64,000 bases of DNA from Bacteroidia bacterium. Its GTDB lineage: Bacteria > Bacteroidota > Bacteroidia > UBA4408. Each line of letters begins with the position of its first letter. Positions within the stretch are counted from its first letter, which is position 1. A model generated the notes under the pieces. That model was not told where the DNA came from. It did not search any database and was given only the letters and a program-made list of their open reading frames with translations. The stretch spans positions 13,889-77,888 of the forward strand of contig JBILPB010000001.1 in assembly GCA_044374175.1 (NCBI GenBank), read 5' to 3'. Below are positions 31,001 to 39,784 of this stretch, piece by piece. Both the position numbers and the translations under genes were made by a program.

Positions 31001-31643
31001 CATGGAAATTGTAAATGTTGACATAGAGAAATATTGCGAATTGCATAGTGAAGCAGAGAGCCTGTTATTGCAAAAAGTGAATAGAGAAACTCATTTAGAA
31101 GTATTAATGCCTCGCATGCTATCGGGCCATTTACAAGGAAGGTTTTTGGCTATGTTGAGCAAAATGATTCAACCTAATTGTATATTAGAAATTGGAACCT
31201 TTACAGGCTATGCCGCACTTTGTTTAGCTGAGGGCTTAAAGCCTAATGGCAAATTAATTACAATTGATATTAATGAAGAATTGGCTACGCGTGTAAATCA
31301 ATATTTTGCCCAATCTGATAAGGCTTCTCAACTTCATTATATGAACGGAGATGCACAAAAAATAATTCCGGATTTAAATGAAAAGTTTGACTTGGTTTTT
31401 ATTGATGCCGATAAAAAAAACTATGCTAAATACTACGAAATGGTGTTTGATAAAGTAAATCCAGGGGGTTATATTATTGCTGATAATGTATTGTGGAGTG
31501 GAAAAGTGGTTGATGCTAATTATAGCAATGATGCAGATACATTAAATATGTTGGCTTATAATAAAATGATGGTTAATGATGCTCGTGTGGAGCCTTTGTT
31601 GGTGCCTTTGCGTGATGGTTTGATGATTTGCAGGAAGAAGTGA
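30993..31643 (+). CDS. Class I SAM-dependent O-methyltransferase (caffeoyl-CoA OMT-like)
   Basis: ILEIGTFTGYAALCLAEGL and LVFIDADKKNY motifs are present. Its start overlaps the stop of the M16 gene by 8 nt. Confidence 0.8.
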   Translation: MSSMEIVNVDIEKYCELHSEAESLLLQKVNRETHLEVLMPRMLSGHLQGRFLAMLSKMIQPNCILEIGTFTGYAALCLAEGLKPNGKLITIDINEELATRVNQYFAQSDKASQLHYMNGDAQKIIPDLNEKFDLVFIDADKKNYAKYYEMVFDKVNPGGYIIADNVLWSGKVVDANYSNDADTLNMLAYNKMMVNDARVEPLLVPLRDGLMICRKK

Positions 31644-31644
31644 T

Positions 31645-31941
31645 TTAATTTAAATTCATTTTTGGTAAACGATAGAGTTCGCCATCGGCAATCATAATGG
31701 CATGTATTTTGAATTTAATAAGATCAAAAATTGGCATTTTTAGTAAAGCCGTCATGACTTCATTTTTGTTTCTACAATTAAATAAAATCCAACCCTTAGT
31801 ACGCGCTGCATTGATGGTATATTGCTGAATAATGCCCTTTTCAATCAAATCATTAATAAGCATACGATGTGAGGGTATCAAGTTAAAAAACTCCTCATCT
31901 TGTATTTCGGGTAAGGTTATTTCTACCATAAAATTTTCCAT
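31645..31941 (-). CDS. Hypothetical small protein (98 aa)
   Basis: A clean ORF immediately after the OMT on the opposite strand. I cannot assign a family by eye. Confidence 0.35.
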   Translation of the reverse strand: MENFMVEITLPEIQDEEFFNLIPSHRMLINDLIEKGIIQQYTINAARTKGWILFNCRNKNEVMTALLKMPIFDLIKFKIHAIMIADGELYRLPKMNLN

Positions 31942-32261
31942 AAGTGCTGCTTTTTTGATTGGTGAATTTTAAAAATTGTTGTCCTATTTATTAGTTCAAC
32001 ATTTAATGTGTGCTCAAAACATATACCACTAATTTTGAACTGACAAATTAAACGATTTTGTTGGTTTGGCGATGACGCAAATACATAACGTGTATGAAAA
32101 GAGAAAAGTACTTTTTTGAAAGGTGTTTTAGTAATTAGAAGATGGGTTGCCCCAAAAAAAGGTTTGCTGTGTTGTTTTCCTTTTAATTCTATTATTTCAA
32201 TCAATTAATATTTTATCAGTCAATTAAATTCTTAATTTCGCTGCAATTATCATAACATACT

Positions 32262-32516
32262 ATGTTGGACAACGACTTAAATCAAAGAATAGAGGAAGCC
32301 TTAAAACAAATAAGACCATTTTTAGAAGCTGATGGTGGCAATGTATCACTGGTGGAGGTTACTGATGATTTTGTGGCAAGAGTAAAGCTTCACGGAAGTT
32401 GTAGTACATGCAATATGAGTATGATGACGATGAAAGCAGGCGTTGAAGAAACAGTTAAAAGAGCAGTAAAAGAAATAAGAGCAGTAGAAGCTATTAATTT
32501 ACCAGTTGGTGTTTAA
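32262..32516 (+). CDS. NifU-like Fe-S cluster assembly domain protein
   Basis: FLEADGGNVSLVEVTDDFVARVKLHGSCSTCNMS matches the NifU C-terminal domain CxxC pattern. 84 aa. Confidence 0.8.
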   Translation: MLDNDLNQRIEEALKQIRPFLEADGGNVSLVEVTDDFVARVKLHGSCSTCNMSMMTMKAGVEETVKRAVKEIRAVEAINLPVGV

Positions 32517-32527
32517 ACTATTTTATC

Positions 32528-33034
32528 ATGATTAAAGCAGACCTCAACAACCATGTATTTGATATCGTATTTGACGATAAGGGTTATCAATTAGGGAAAA
32601 TCAATAATCAGGCATTTACAATTGACAGAGTTAAGTCTTCGGACAACAATTGGCACATTCTTAAGGAAGGAAAATCGTATAACATAGAAATTTTAAAGGT
32701 AGATAAAGTTGCCAAACAGGTTGACTTAAAAATGAATGGCAAATTAAATTCGGTTAAACTAAGTGATCAGTTTGATGCTTTACTTAAAAGCCTGGGGATG
32801 GACAATTTGGCAGCTAAAAAAGTATTGGAATTAAAAGCCCCTATGCCTGGATTGGTCTTAAGTATTTTAGCAAACGAAGGCGACACCATTGCAAAAGGTG
32901 ATTCCTTGCTGGTATTGGAAGCGATGAAAATGGAAAATATAATTAAATCACCTACTGAAGGTGTGATTAAAAAAATACATGCTATTAAAGGCAATGCAGT
33001 AGAAAAAAATCAATTGTTGATTTCGTTTCAATAA
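32528..33034 (+). CDS. Biotin/lipoyl attachment domain protein (biotin carboxyl carrier-like)
   Basis: The C-terminal LVLEAMKMENII contains the AMKM biotinylation motif within a hammerhead-fold context (KAPMPGLV...GD..AKGD). Confidence 0.7.
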   Translation: MIKADLNNHVFDIVFDDKGYQLGKINNQAFTIDRVKSSDNNWHILKEGKSYNIEILKVDKVAKQVDLKMNGKLNSVKLSDQFDALLKSLGMDNLAAKKVLELKAPMPGLVLSILANEGDTIAKGDSLLVLEAMKMENIIKSPTEGVIKKIHAIKGNAVEKNQLLISFQ

Positions 33035-33043
33035 ATAGGTAAC

Positions 33044-33961
33044 ATGTTGGTTTCTGTTGTTATTCCTTGTTACAATGTTGAGAAATACATCCTGCAATGC
33101 TTGCAATCATTGTTAAATCAAAAGCACAAAGATTTACAAATTATTTTTGTCAATAATCAATCTACAGACAGCACCCTTAGCTTATTAACACGTTTAGCTA
33201 CAGAGCATAGTTCTTTAATTACTTTGGCTGAAGAGCCACAAAAAGGTGCGCCATACGCAAGGAACAGAGGTTTACAAGAGGCTAAAGGGGAGTATGTTCA
33301 GTTTTTAGATGCCGATGATTTGTTAGAGCCCGATAAAATTGCACATCAGGTTAAATTAATCAATGAAAATAACTTTCCAGATATTATTGCATCTGATTAC
33401 CACAGACAAGCGATTGACGGGAATAAAAAACTTCATCAAGTAAATGCTAAAGATTTTTGGCAAGCCTTATTATACACACAGTTGGGCATCACAAGTGCTA
33501 ATTTATTTAAAACTATTGCTGTAAAAAATGCGGGTGGTTTTGATGTAACTCTTAAAAGCAGTCAAGAGTATGCATTGATGTTCAAAATGATGTGTAAAGA
33601 GGCTGTATTAATTCATGATACTAATCCACTCTCTATAATTAGAGATAGAGTAGAAGGGGCCATATCGCAACAAAATGCTGCCGAAAACATGGAGCGTTAT
33701 TTGAATTTAAGAATTGCCATCGTAAAATATCTTGAAATAAAAAAGGGTAAAGAAAAAATGCACCCTTATTATCAAGCATTATTTGATGCCATAAGAGTAC
33801 TTTACAAACATAATCAAACACTTGCTATTAAGGCATTTAAAGAAAATTTACCACAAGATTTTAAGCCCTCTGCAAGCGCTGCCACAACAAGTAGTTATGC
33901 TTTGCTTTTTAAAATTTTTGGCTTTGAGCGTACTGAAAAAATAAAGGCTTTGTTCAAATAA
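33044..33961 (+). CDS. Glycosyltransferase family 2
   Basis: VSVVIPCYNVEKYI is present, and the DxD motif appears as QFLDADDLLEP. 305 aa. Confidence 0.8.
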   Translation: MLVSVVIPCYNVEKYILQCLQSLLNQKHKDLQIIFVNNQSTDSTLSLLTRLATEHSSLITLAEEPQKGAPYARNRGLQEAKGEYVQFLDADDLLEPDKIAHQVKLINENNFPDIIASDYHRQAIDGNKKLHQVNAKDFWQALLYTQLGITSANLFKTIAVKNAGGFDVTLKSSQEYALMFKMMCKEAVLIHDTNPLSIIRDRVEGAISQQNAAENMERYLNLRIAIVKYLEIKKGKEKMHPYYQALFDAIRVLYKHNQTLAIKAFKENLPQDFKPSASAATTSSYALLFKIFGFERTEKIKALFK

Positions 33962-34151
33962 AACAGGAGCAATAAGGTTGGCGAGGTCCGATAGCTCGGA
34001 CGCAGAACCTTTGACAGAATTCGAGAGATTTTTATTGCGGCATTCTAGTTGGAAAAACATACTCAAGTTTTAATAAAAGTAGCCTTGTAAGAAAAACAAA
34101 GGTGCTAATTAAATAAACTTACGATTATTAGTAGCTTTGCATTTTTAAAAA

Positions 34152-35237
34152 TTGACCATGCAAGACAATACACCACCGAGGACTGAACTAGAAAAATTAG
34201 GTGAGTTTGGGCTCATCAACTTTCTTACAAAAAACATTATACATAAACAAAATAGCACTTTAAAAGGTGTTGGTGATGATGCCGCAGTGCTTAGTTTTGA
34301 TGCTGCTAAAAAATGTGTTGTAACCACTGATATGTTGGTAGAGGGAGTCCATTTCGATTTATCGTATGTGCCATTAAAACATTTGGGTTATAAAGCAGTA
34401 ATGGTTAACATTTCTGATTTGGCAGCAATGAACGCTATGCCTCGCCAGATAACGGTTTCAATAGCTTTAAGCAATCGTTTTTCTTTAGAAGCAGTTGATG
34501 AATTGTACCAGGGTATTTATTTGGCTTGTGAGAAATACAATGTTGATGTTATTGGTGGCGATACTACCTCTTCAACTTCGGGATTGGTAATTAGTGTTAC
34601 TGCTATTGGTGAAGCTTTAGAAGAGGATTTGGTATACAGAGATGGTGCCAAAGAAAATGATTTAATAGTAGTGAGTGGCGATTTGGGTGCTGCTTATGTT
34701 GGTTTGCAATTGTTAGAGCGCGAAAAGGATGTTTATTTAAGTTCAAACAAGCAAGTGCAACCCGATTTAGAAGGCCATGATTACATTTTAGAAAGACAAC
34801 TTAAACCTGAAGCAAGAACTGATATTACAGAATTGCTTAAAAAGTTAGATGTTATTCCCACTTCCATGATTGATATTTCGGATGGGCTTTCTTCTGAAAT
34901 GTTGCATGTTTGCAAGGCTTCGGGAATGGGTTGTAATTTGTATGAAGAGAAAATTCCGATTGATCCAACGACTTATAACACGGCCAGAGAGTTTAATTTA
35001 GACCCAACAGTTTGCGCTTTAAATGGAGGAGAAGATTATGAATTGCTTTTTACTATTGATTTAACGGACTTTGATAAAATAAAAGCTAATCCTAATTTTA
35101 CGGTTATTGGACATATTACTGAGCAAGCGCAAGGTTGTAACCTGATAACAAAGTCCGGAGCATTATATCCGCTTACAGCGCAAGGCTGGAATGCATTGCA
35201 AGAGCCAGAAAAAGAAGAGGAAAAACCAGAAGAGTAA
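34152..35237 (+). CDS. thiL: Thiamine-monophosphate kinase
   Basis: It has the AIR-synthase-related fold and the GDDAAVL motif. It is ThiL-like along its length, with a C-terminal acidic extension (EEEKPEE). Confidence 0.75.
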   Translation: MTMQDNTPPRTELEKLGEFGLINFLTKNIIHKQNSTLKGVGDDAAVLSFDAAKKCVVTTDMLVEGVHFDLSYVPLKHLGYKAVMVNISDLAAMNAMPRQITVSIALSNRFSLEAVDELYQGIYLACEKYNVDVIGGDTTSSTSGLVISVTAIGEALEEDLVYRDGAKENDLIVVSGDLGAAYVGLQLLEREKDVYLSSNKQVQPDLEGHDYILERQLKPEARTDITELLKKLDVIPTSMIDISDGLSSEMLHVCKASGMGCNLYEEKIPIDPTTYNTAREFNLDPTVCALNGGEDYELLFTIDLTDFDKIKANPNFTVIGHITEQAQGCNLITKSGALYPLTAQGWNALQEPEKEEEKPEE

Positions 35238-36572
35238 TTAATTCACTCTTTTTATTTTTGCTCCTATAGCATTCAAACGCTCGTCAATTCTTTGGTAGCC
35301 ACGGTCTATTTGTTCGATGTTGTCGATAACACTTTTTCCTTCGGCACTCATAGCAGCAATCAACAAAGCTACACCAGCTCTAATATCTGGCGAAGTCATA
35401 GATATACCTTTTAAAGCGTGGTGGTGATTTAAGCCTATTACCGTTGCTCTGTGCGGATCGCAAAGAATAATTTGCGCACCCATATCGATAAGTTTATCTA
35501 CAAAAAACAACCTGCTTTCGAACATTTTTTGATGAATCAATACACTGCCTTTTGCTTGCGTGGCTACTACTAGTGCAATGCTTAACAAATCGGGTGTAAA
35601 GCCCGGCCAAATAGCATCAGCAACAGTCATAATAGAGCCATCAATAAAGGTGTCAATTTCGTAAGAGTCTTGGGCAGGAATAAACAAATCATCACCACGT
35701 AATTCCATCTTTATGCCTAATTTACGGAACACATCAGGGATCACCCCTAACTCTTGATAAGCCACATTTTTAATTGTAATTTCCGATTGAGTCATAGCGG
35801 CAAGTCCAATAAAACTGCCTATTTCAATCATGTCGGGGAGCATTCTGTGCGTGGTGCCTCCAAGATATTCAACACCATCGATAACCAATAAATTACTTCC
35901 AATTCCGCTTATTTTTGCGCCCATTCTGTTCAACATTTTACACAGTTGTTGAATATACGGTTCACAAGCAGCATTGTATATGGTAGTGGTTCCTTTAGCC
36001 ATTACAGCGGCCATTACAATATTGGCAGTGCCTGTCACAGAGGCTTCATCTAAAAGCATGTAACAGCCTTGCAGGTTACTTGCTTCTACCCTGTAAAAAC
36101 TATCATTTTCATCATACTCAAACTTAGCGCCCAGGTTTTGGAAACCAATAAAATGAGTGTCTAACCTTCTGCGACCAATTTTATCGCCACCTGGACGTGG
36201 TATGTAGCCCTTTCCAAAGCGGCTTAACAATGGACCAACAATCATGATGGATCCGCGCAAAGCGGCACCTTTCTTTTTAAATTCAGGACTATTGAGATAA
36301 TCGACATTTACAGCATCGGCCTGAAAAGAGTATTCTTCATGTCCAGTTTTTTCAACTTTTACACCTAATGCTTTGAGTAAATCAATCAGTTTGTTTACAT
36401 CTACAATATCGGGCACATTACCAATAATTACCTTTTCGGGAGTTAATAAAACTGCACATAAAATTTGCAGCGCCTCATTTTTTGCTCCTTGAGGAATTAT
36501 TTCACCTTTGAGGCGCGTGCCGCCTGTTACTTCAAATGTTGCCATTGTATACGCATTTAAATATTTATACAA
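35238..36572 (-). CDS. murA: UDP-N-acetylglucosamine 1-carboxyvinyltransferase
   Basis: 444 aa. The EPSP-synthase fold is recognisable, with the PGGDKIGRR and catalytic Cys regions conserved. Confidence 0.95.
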   Translation of the reverse strand: MYKYLNAYTMATFEVTGGTRLKGEIIPQGAKNEALQILCAVLLTPEKVIIGNVPDIVDVNKLIDLLKALGVKVEKTGHEEYSFQADAVNVDYLNSPEFKKKGAALRGSIMIVGPLLSRFGKGYIPRPGGDKIGRRRLDTHFIGFQNLGAKFEYDENDSFYRVEASNLQGCYMLLDEASVTGTANIVMAAVMAKGTTTIYNAACEPYIQQLCKMLNRMGAKISGIGSNLLVIDGVEYLGGTTHRMLPDMIEIGSFIGLAAMTQSEITIKNVAYQELGVIPDVFRKLGIKMELRGDDLFIPAQDSYEIDTFIDGSIMTVADAIWPGFTPDLLSIALVVATQAKGSVLIHQKMFESRLFFVDKLIDMGAQIILCDPHRATVIGLNHHHALKGISMTSPDIRAGVALLIAAMSAEGKSVIDNIEQIDRGYQRIDERLNAIGAKIKRVN

Positions 36573-36724
36573 AGTTTCATTTTTATAGTATGAAAGCTGC
36601 TATCAAAAAAAAATATTGTTAACGATGTATTGTGGATTGTTTAAATTAGACTCATCCCTAAATTTAACATTTTGTTGTTTTATAGAATCTCTTAAAATAA
36701 TACTTTTGTGTCACAAAATTACTC

Positions 36725-37069
36725 TTGAGAAAACTAGTAGCCCATATTTTACTTCTGTCATTTGTCCTGCAAATAGGTCATTCTATGGCTATTGGGAATG
36801 TTATACATAGAGTTGTTTATGAAATAAATTCTTTTTACAATGACGATTGTTCATCAAGTTTTTTCGATTTTATTTTTAGTGATGTAGTGAACGAAACGCA
36901 GGAAAATGAGGAGGAAACCCAAAAGAATTTGAGTGCCGATTTATTTTGCAAATATGAAGTTGCGCATACTATAACTTGCGGTTTTGAAACAGAGCAAAAA
37001 TTATATTTAACACTTTCGGCATTTTTTGCCACAGGCTTTTACTTTTCGCTGATACAGCCGCCTGATTAA
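36725..37069 (+). CDS. Hypothetical small protein (114 aa), uncertain
   Basis: An ORF sitting in an otherwise non-coding ~900-bp gap. It has a hydrophobic N-terminus and no recognisable motif. Confidence 0.3.
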   Translation: MRKLVAHILLLSFVLQIGHSMAIGNVIHRVVYEINSFYNDDCSSSFFDFIFSDVVNETQENEEETQKNLSADLFCKYEVAHTITCGFETEQKLYLTLSAFFATGFYFSLIQPPD

Positions 37070-37477
37070 TTCATTATTTCTTTTCTATTGCTTTTAATTG
37101 AATCAATCTGATGATTGATTTGATGTGTTTTTTATTTCATTTTTTTAAAGATAGTACCCGGATGTTTCTGTGGTGGATAATTTAAGGGCAGGTTTTGAGT
37201 TTTCCTGCCCTTGCATCCGGGCTCTTGAGGCTTTTCAGTAGCGGATATCAACAAATAAGCAATTAATTAAGAGAGCATTGCAGGACCCATTTAAGTAGTT
37301 TTTTTAAAAATAAGTTTGTTCAAACACCAGAAAAAAAGGCTATTACAAGGGGCTATTATTCAAATTTTTATTGATAATAATGAATTTGAAAAGTAAACGC
37401 AGGCATCCTAATAGTATCAGCTGTTAACTTGAGGATAAAAAAACACTCAAGTGTATTTGTCAATCAACTTAACTTTT

Positions 37478-38203
37478 TTAACTATTATAATACTTACTAT
37501 CCCAGCTGATATCACTAAAATTTTTATGGGCAGTGGAGCCTAAAAAGATAGTAAAAAAGAACAAAGCAATAAATGAATGTATGGTTAACCAAACCCTTAA
37601 TGAAAGCTCATTATCAGGCGCCACGTTTAACCAATTGTAAGGTATTCCAAAGGCGATAATGGCTGCTGGTAACCACATAAAAATAAAGTAGCTGTAAACA
37701 CTTTTTATTGGATAAGAAATCAAAGCTCTATACCAAGCCAAATCGTTGCCCCATTGGTGTATTAAATAATATCTGTTGTCGGCTAACTGCGCAAATAAGA
37801 GTGGATCTTTGTTGCAGTCTTCTAGTTTAAAAACTTCGGCAGGAGCCACCACTTTAAAGGTTTTAATTTTTACATTGTATTTTTCTTCAAAAGCTTTTAT
37901 TTTTGAAATAGCATCATAAGGGAAAGGGGCTTTAAAATAAGATGAATCTAAAAAACGCAAATTGTATTTTAGGCAAATGGTTTTGATTTCTTTTATAGTA
38001 AACAAATTTACATTATCGCTTTCATCAAGAGTGTTTATATCTAATATTTGATCTACCGGATGATGCTGTAAACGGTACAATACATCTTCATCGAGCTTTA
38101 CCGATGTGCTTAAAATTGTAGCCACATGATCGAGTATGTTAGTCGACTTTTCCTTTTGTTCAACTAAGGCTGTTTTAATATTTACTTGCTTAAAATTCAT
38201 CAT
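37478..38203 (-). CDS. Hypothetical membrane protein (soluble N-terminal domain plus 3 C-terminal TM helices)
   Basis: 241 aa. TM segments FIFMWLPAAIIAFGI and LTIHSFIALFFFTIFLG are present. No family recognised. Confidence 0.45.
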   Translation of the reverse strand: MMNFKQVNIKTALVEQKEKSTNILDHVATILSTSVKLDEDVLYRLQHHPVDQILDINTLDESDNVNLFTIKEIKTICLKYNLRFLDSSYFKAPFPYDAISKIKAFEEKYNVKIKTFKVVAPAEVFKLEDCNKDPLLFAQLADNRYYLIHQWGNDLAWYRALISYPIKSVYSYFIFMWLPAAIIAFGIPYNWLNVAPDNELSLRVWLTIHSFIALFFFTIFLGSTAHKNFSDISWDSKYYNS

Positions 38204-38305
38204 GCTAAAGTTATAGTTATTGCACTTTTTTATTAATATAAAAACAAGAATGTAAAAACAATGTTTATGGCGCTTTTAAGATTAACAAATTAAACGATGT
38301 TATAT

Positions 38306-39691
38306 CTATTTAGCAACAACAATTCGTTCAGTAAAACATGTAGTATTTGTTTTAATTGTACAAATATAAATACCAGGTAATAAATCCTGCGTTGAGGTTT
38401 GTATAACGTGCTTACCAGCTGGCAGTTCTTGCATAATAGGTTGTTGCATTAATCTTCCTGTTAAATCGTTTAAGGTATATGAAACATCTGCTTTTTCGTT
38501 AAGGTCCAGTTTGATTGTAAAACTTTCGTTGGTTGGATTTGGATAAATTTCTAATGCACTACTGGTTATTTTTTCTGATACATTTAAAGCACTTGGTGTA
38601 TTTGCAAACCCGGCTTGAAATACTTCTTTTGTGGTGGGGTTTTGCACCCAACTTACTAAAGTAAAACCTGCACTGGTACCCCATATATTGTAACTCCCTG
38701 GAGTAACATTGCCATAGGTAACTTTATAATTTTTATTGATGGTATAAATAGTATCTTCATTGATGTTACTAATTACTGTTCCCACATAATTAGGCAACAT
38801 TTTACGCATCACATAATGAAAAGTAGTTTGGCTGGTAGTGCCACCTGTATAAGTATAAAAATCTTCTGTTAATGCTAAATAAACCCTTAAAGGTGTGCTC
38901 ATGGCTGTGTATGGTGTTATTGAGCTGGTTGCCTTAACAGTATCGCCTGATAAATAAAAATAGGGCACTAAATTAAATGCCGATTCACCGCTGGCTGCAT
39001 CAATAACTGATTGATCGAATGTAGCCGTTGCAACACCATTTAAATATGTTTTTGGAATTGCATTTACAGCATACATACTTCTTCTTCCACTGCCATCGTT
39101 ATTATAACTTGGGTCATCATCTGGCGCAGGCCAATTCATTTGGTACTTCACTGCAGCTACTTGACCACCGTCCTCATTGGCATTGATAGAAGCTAAAAAA
39201 GGATCAAACATAACATTGAAACTTGCGCATGGCCCACAAGTACTGCTTGTAAATTCTTCAATTAAAGGCAGCTGTGGAACTGTTGTTCTAGCCACAAAAA
39301 ATTCAGTTTCAATGCTGTTTAATGAATTATTTAATTTATCAGTAAACCAAACTTTAAGCTTATGATCGGAAACAGGAAGGTTAAAAAGATGGGTGAACGT
39401 TATTTCCTGTGATTGTTGATGTAAGATAGCTAAAGAAATATTTTTAGTTCCAGAGACTTCATTATCAATGGCAAAATTTGCAACTATTTCTTCATGCAAA
39501 TCTTTCCCCAAATTAGTAACTTTTACCTTAATTGTGTTTGAGGTATTTTGTTTGATTGCCATAGGAAATTGAATGAATTTACATTGAATATCGGCATTAT
39601 TTTGTGCAAATACATTTGCACTTATAACACAAATAAAAAAGCAGAAAATGAAGTATTTGTTTTTCATCTGATTTAAAGTTTGGTTAATCAA
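38306..39691 (-). CDS. Secreted thioredoxin-domain protein with T9SS CTD (HBP35-like architecture)
   Basis: A signal peptide is followed by an Ig-like N-domain. The thioredoxin active site appears as EEFTSSTCGPCASFN. The CTD reads ...LEIYPNPTNESFTIKLD...GIYICTIKTNTTCFTERIVVAK. Confidence 0.65.
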   Translation of the reverse strand: MINQTLNQMKNKYFIFCFFICVISANVFAQNNADIQCKFIQFPMAIKQNTSNTIKVKVTNLGKDLHEEIVANFAIDNEVSGTKNISLAILHQQSQEITFTHLFNLPVSDHKLKVWFTDKLNNSLNSIETEFFVARTTVPQLPLIEEFTSSTCGPCASFNVMFDPFLASINANEDGGQVAAVKYQMNWPAPDDDPSYNNDGSGRRSMYAVNAIPKTYLNGVATATFDQSVIDAASGESAFNLVPYFYLSGDTVKATSSITPYTAMSTPLRVYLALTEDFYTYTGGTTSQTTFHYVMRKMLPNYVGTVISNINEDTIYTINKNYKVTYGNVTPGSYNIWGTSAGFTLVSWVQNPTTKEVFQAGFANTPSALNVSEKITSSALEIYPNPTNESFTIKLDLNEKADVSYTLNDLTGRLMQQPIMQELPAGKHVIQTSTQDLLPGIYICTIKTNTTCFTERIVVAK

Positions 39692-39784
39692 ATGTAATTT
39701 TATTTGCTTTATAAATCAAATTTTAATGATTCATTTTCAAGCCTTTAATATAAATTCATTTTATTTGAAGAATGATACACTAGA

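Noticed and set aside
31923-32204. 93-aa ORF overlapping the end of the 98-aa hypothetical gene
   Set aside because: It overlaps a neighbouring ORF on the same strand out of frame, lies in an AT-rich gap upstream of the nifU-like gene, and has no motif. It is probably spurious.
33962-34151. Looked for a TPP riboswitch upstream of thiL
   Set aside because: The conserved CUGAGA and ACCUGAUCUGGAUAAUGCCAGCGUAGGGAA-like elements are absent, and only a short hairpin (gtccga-tagc-tcggac) is present. thiL is also not typically riboswitch-controlled.
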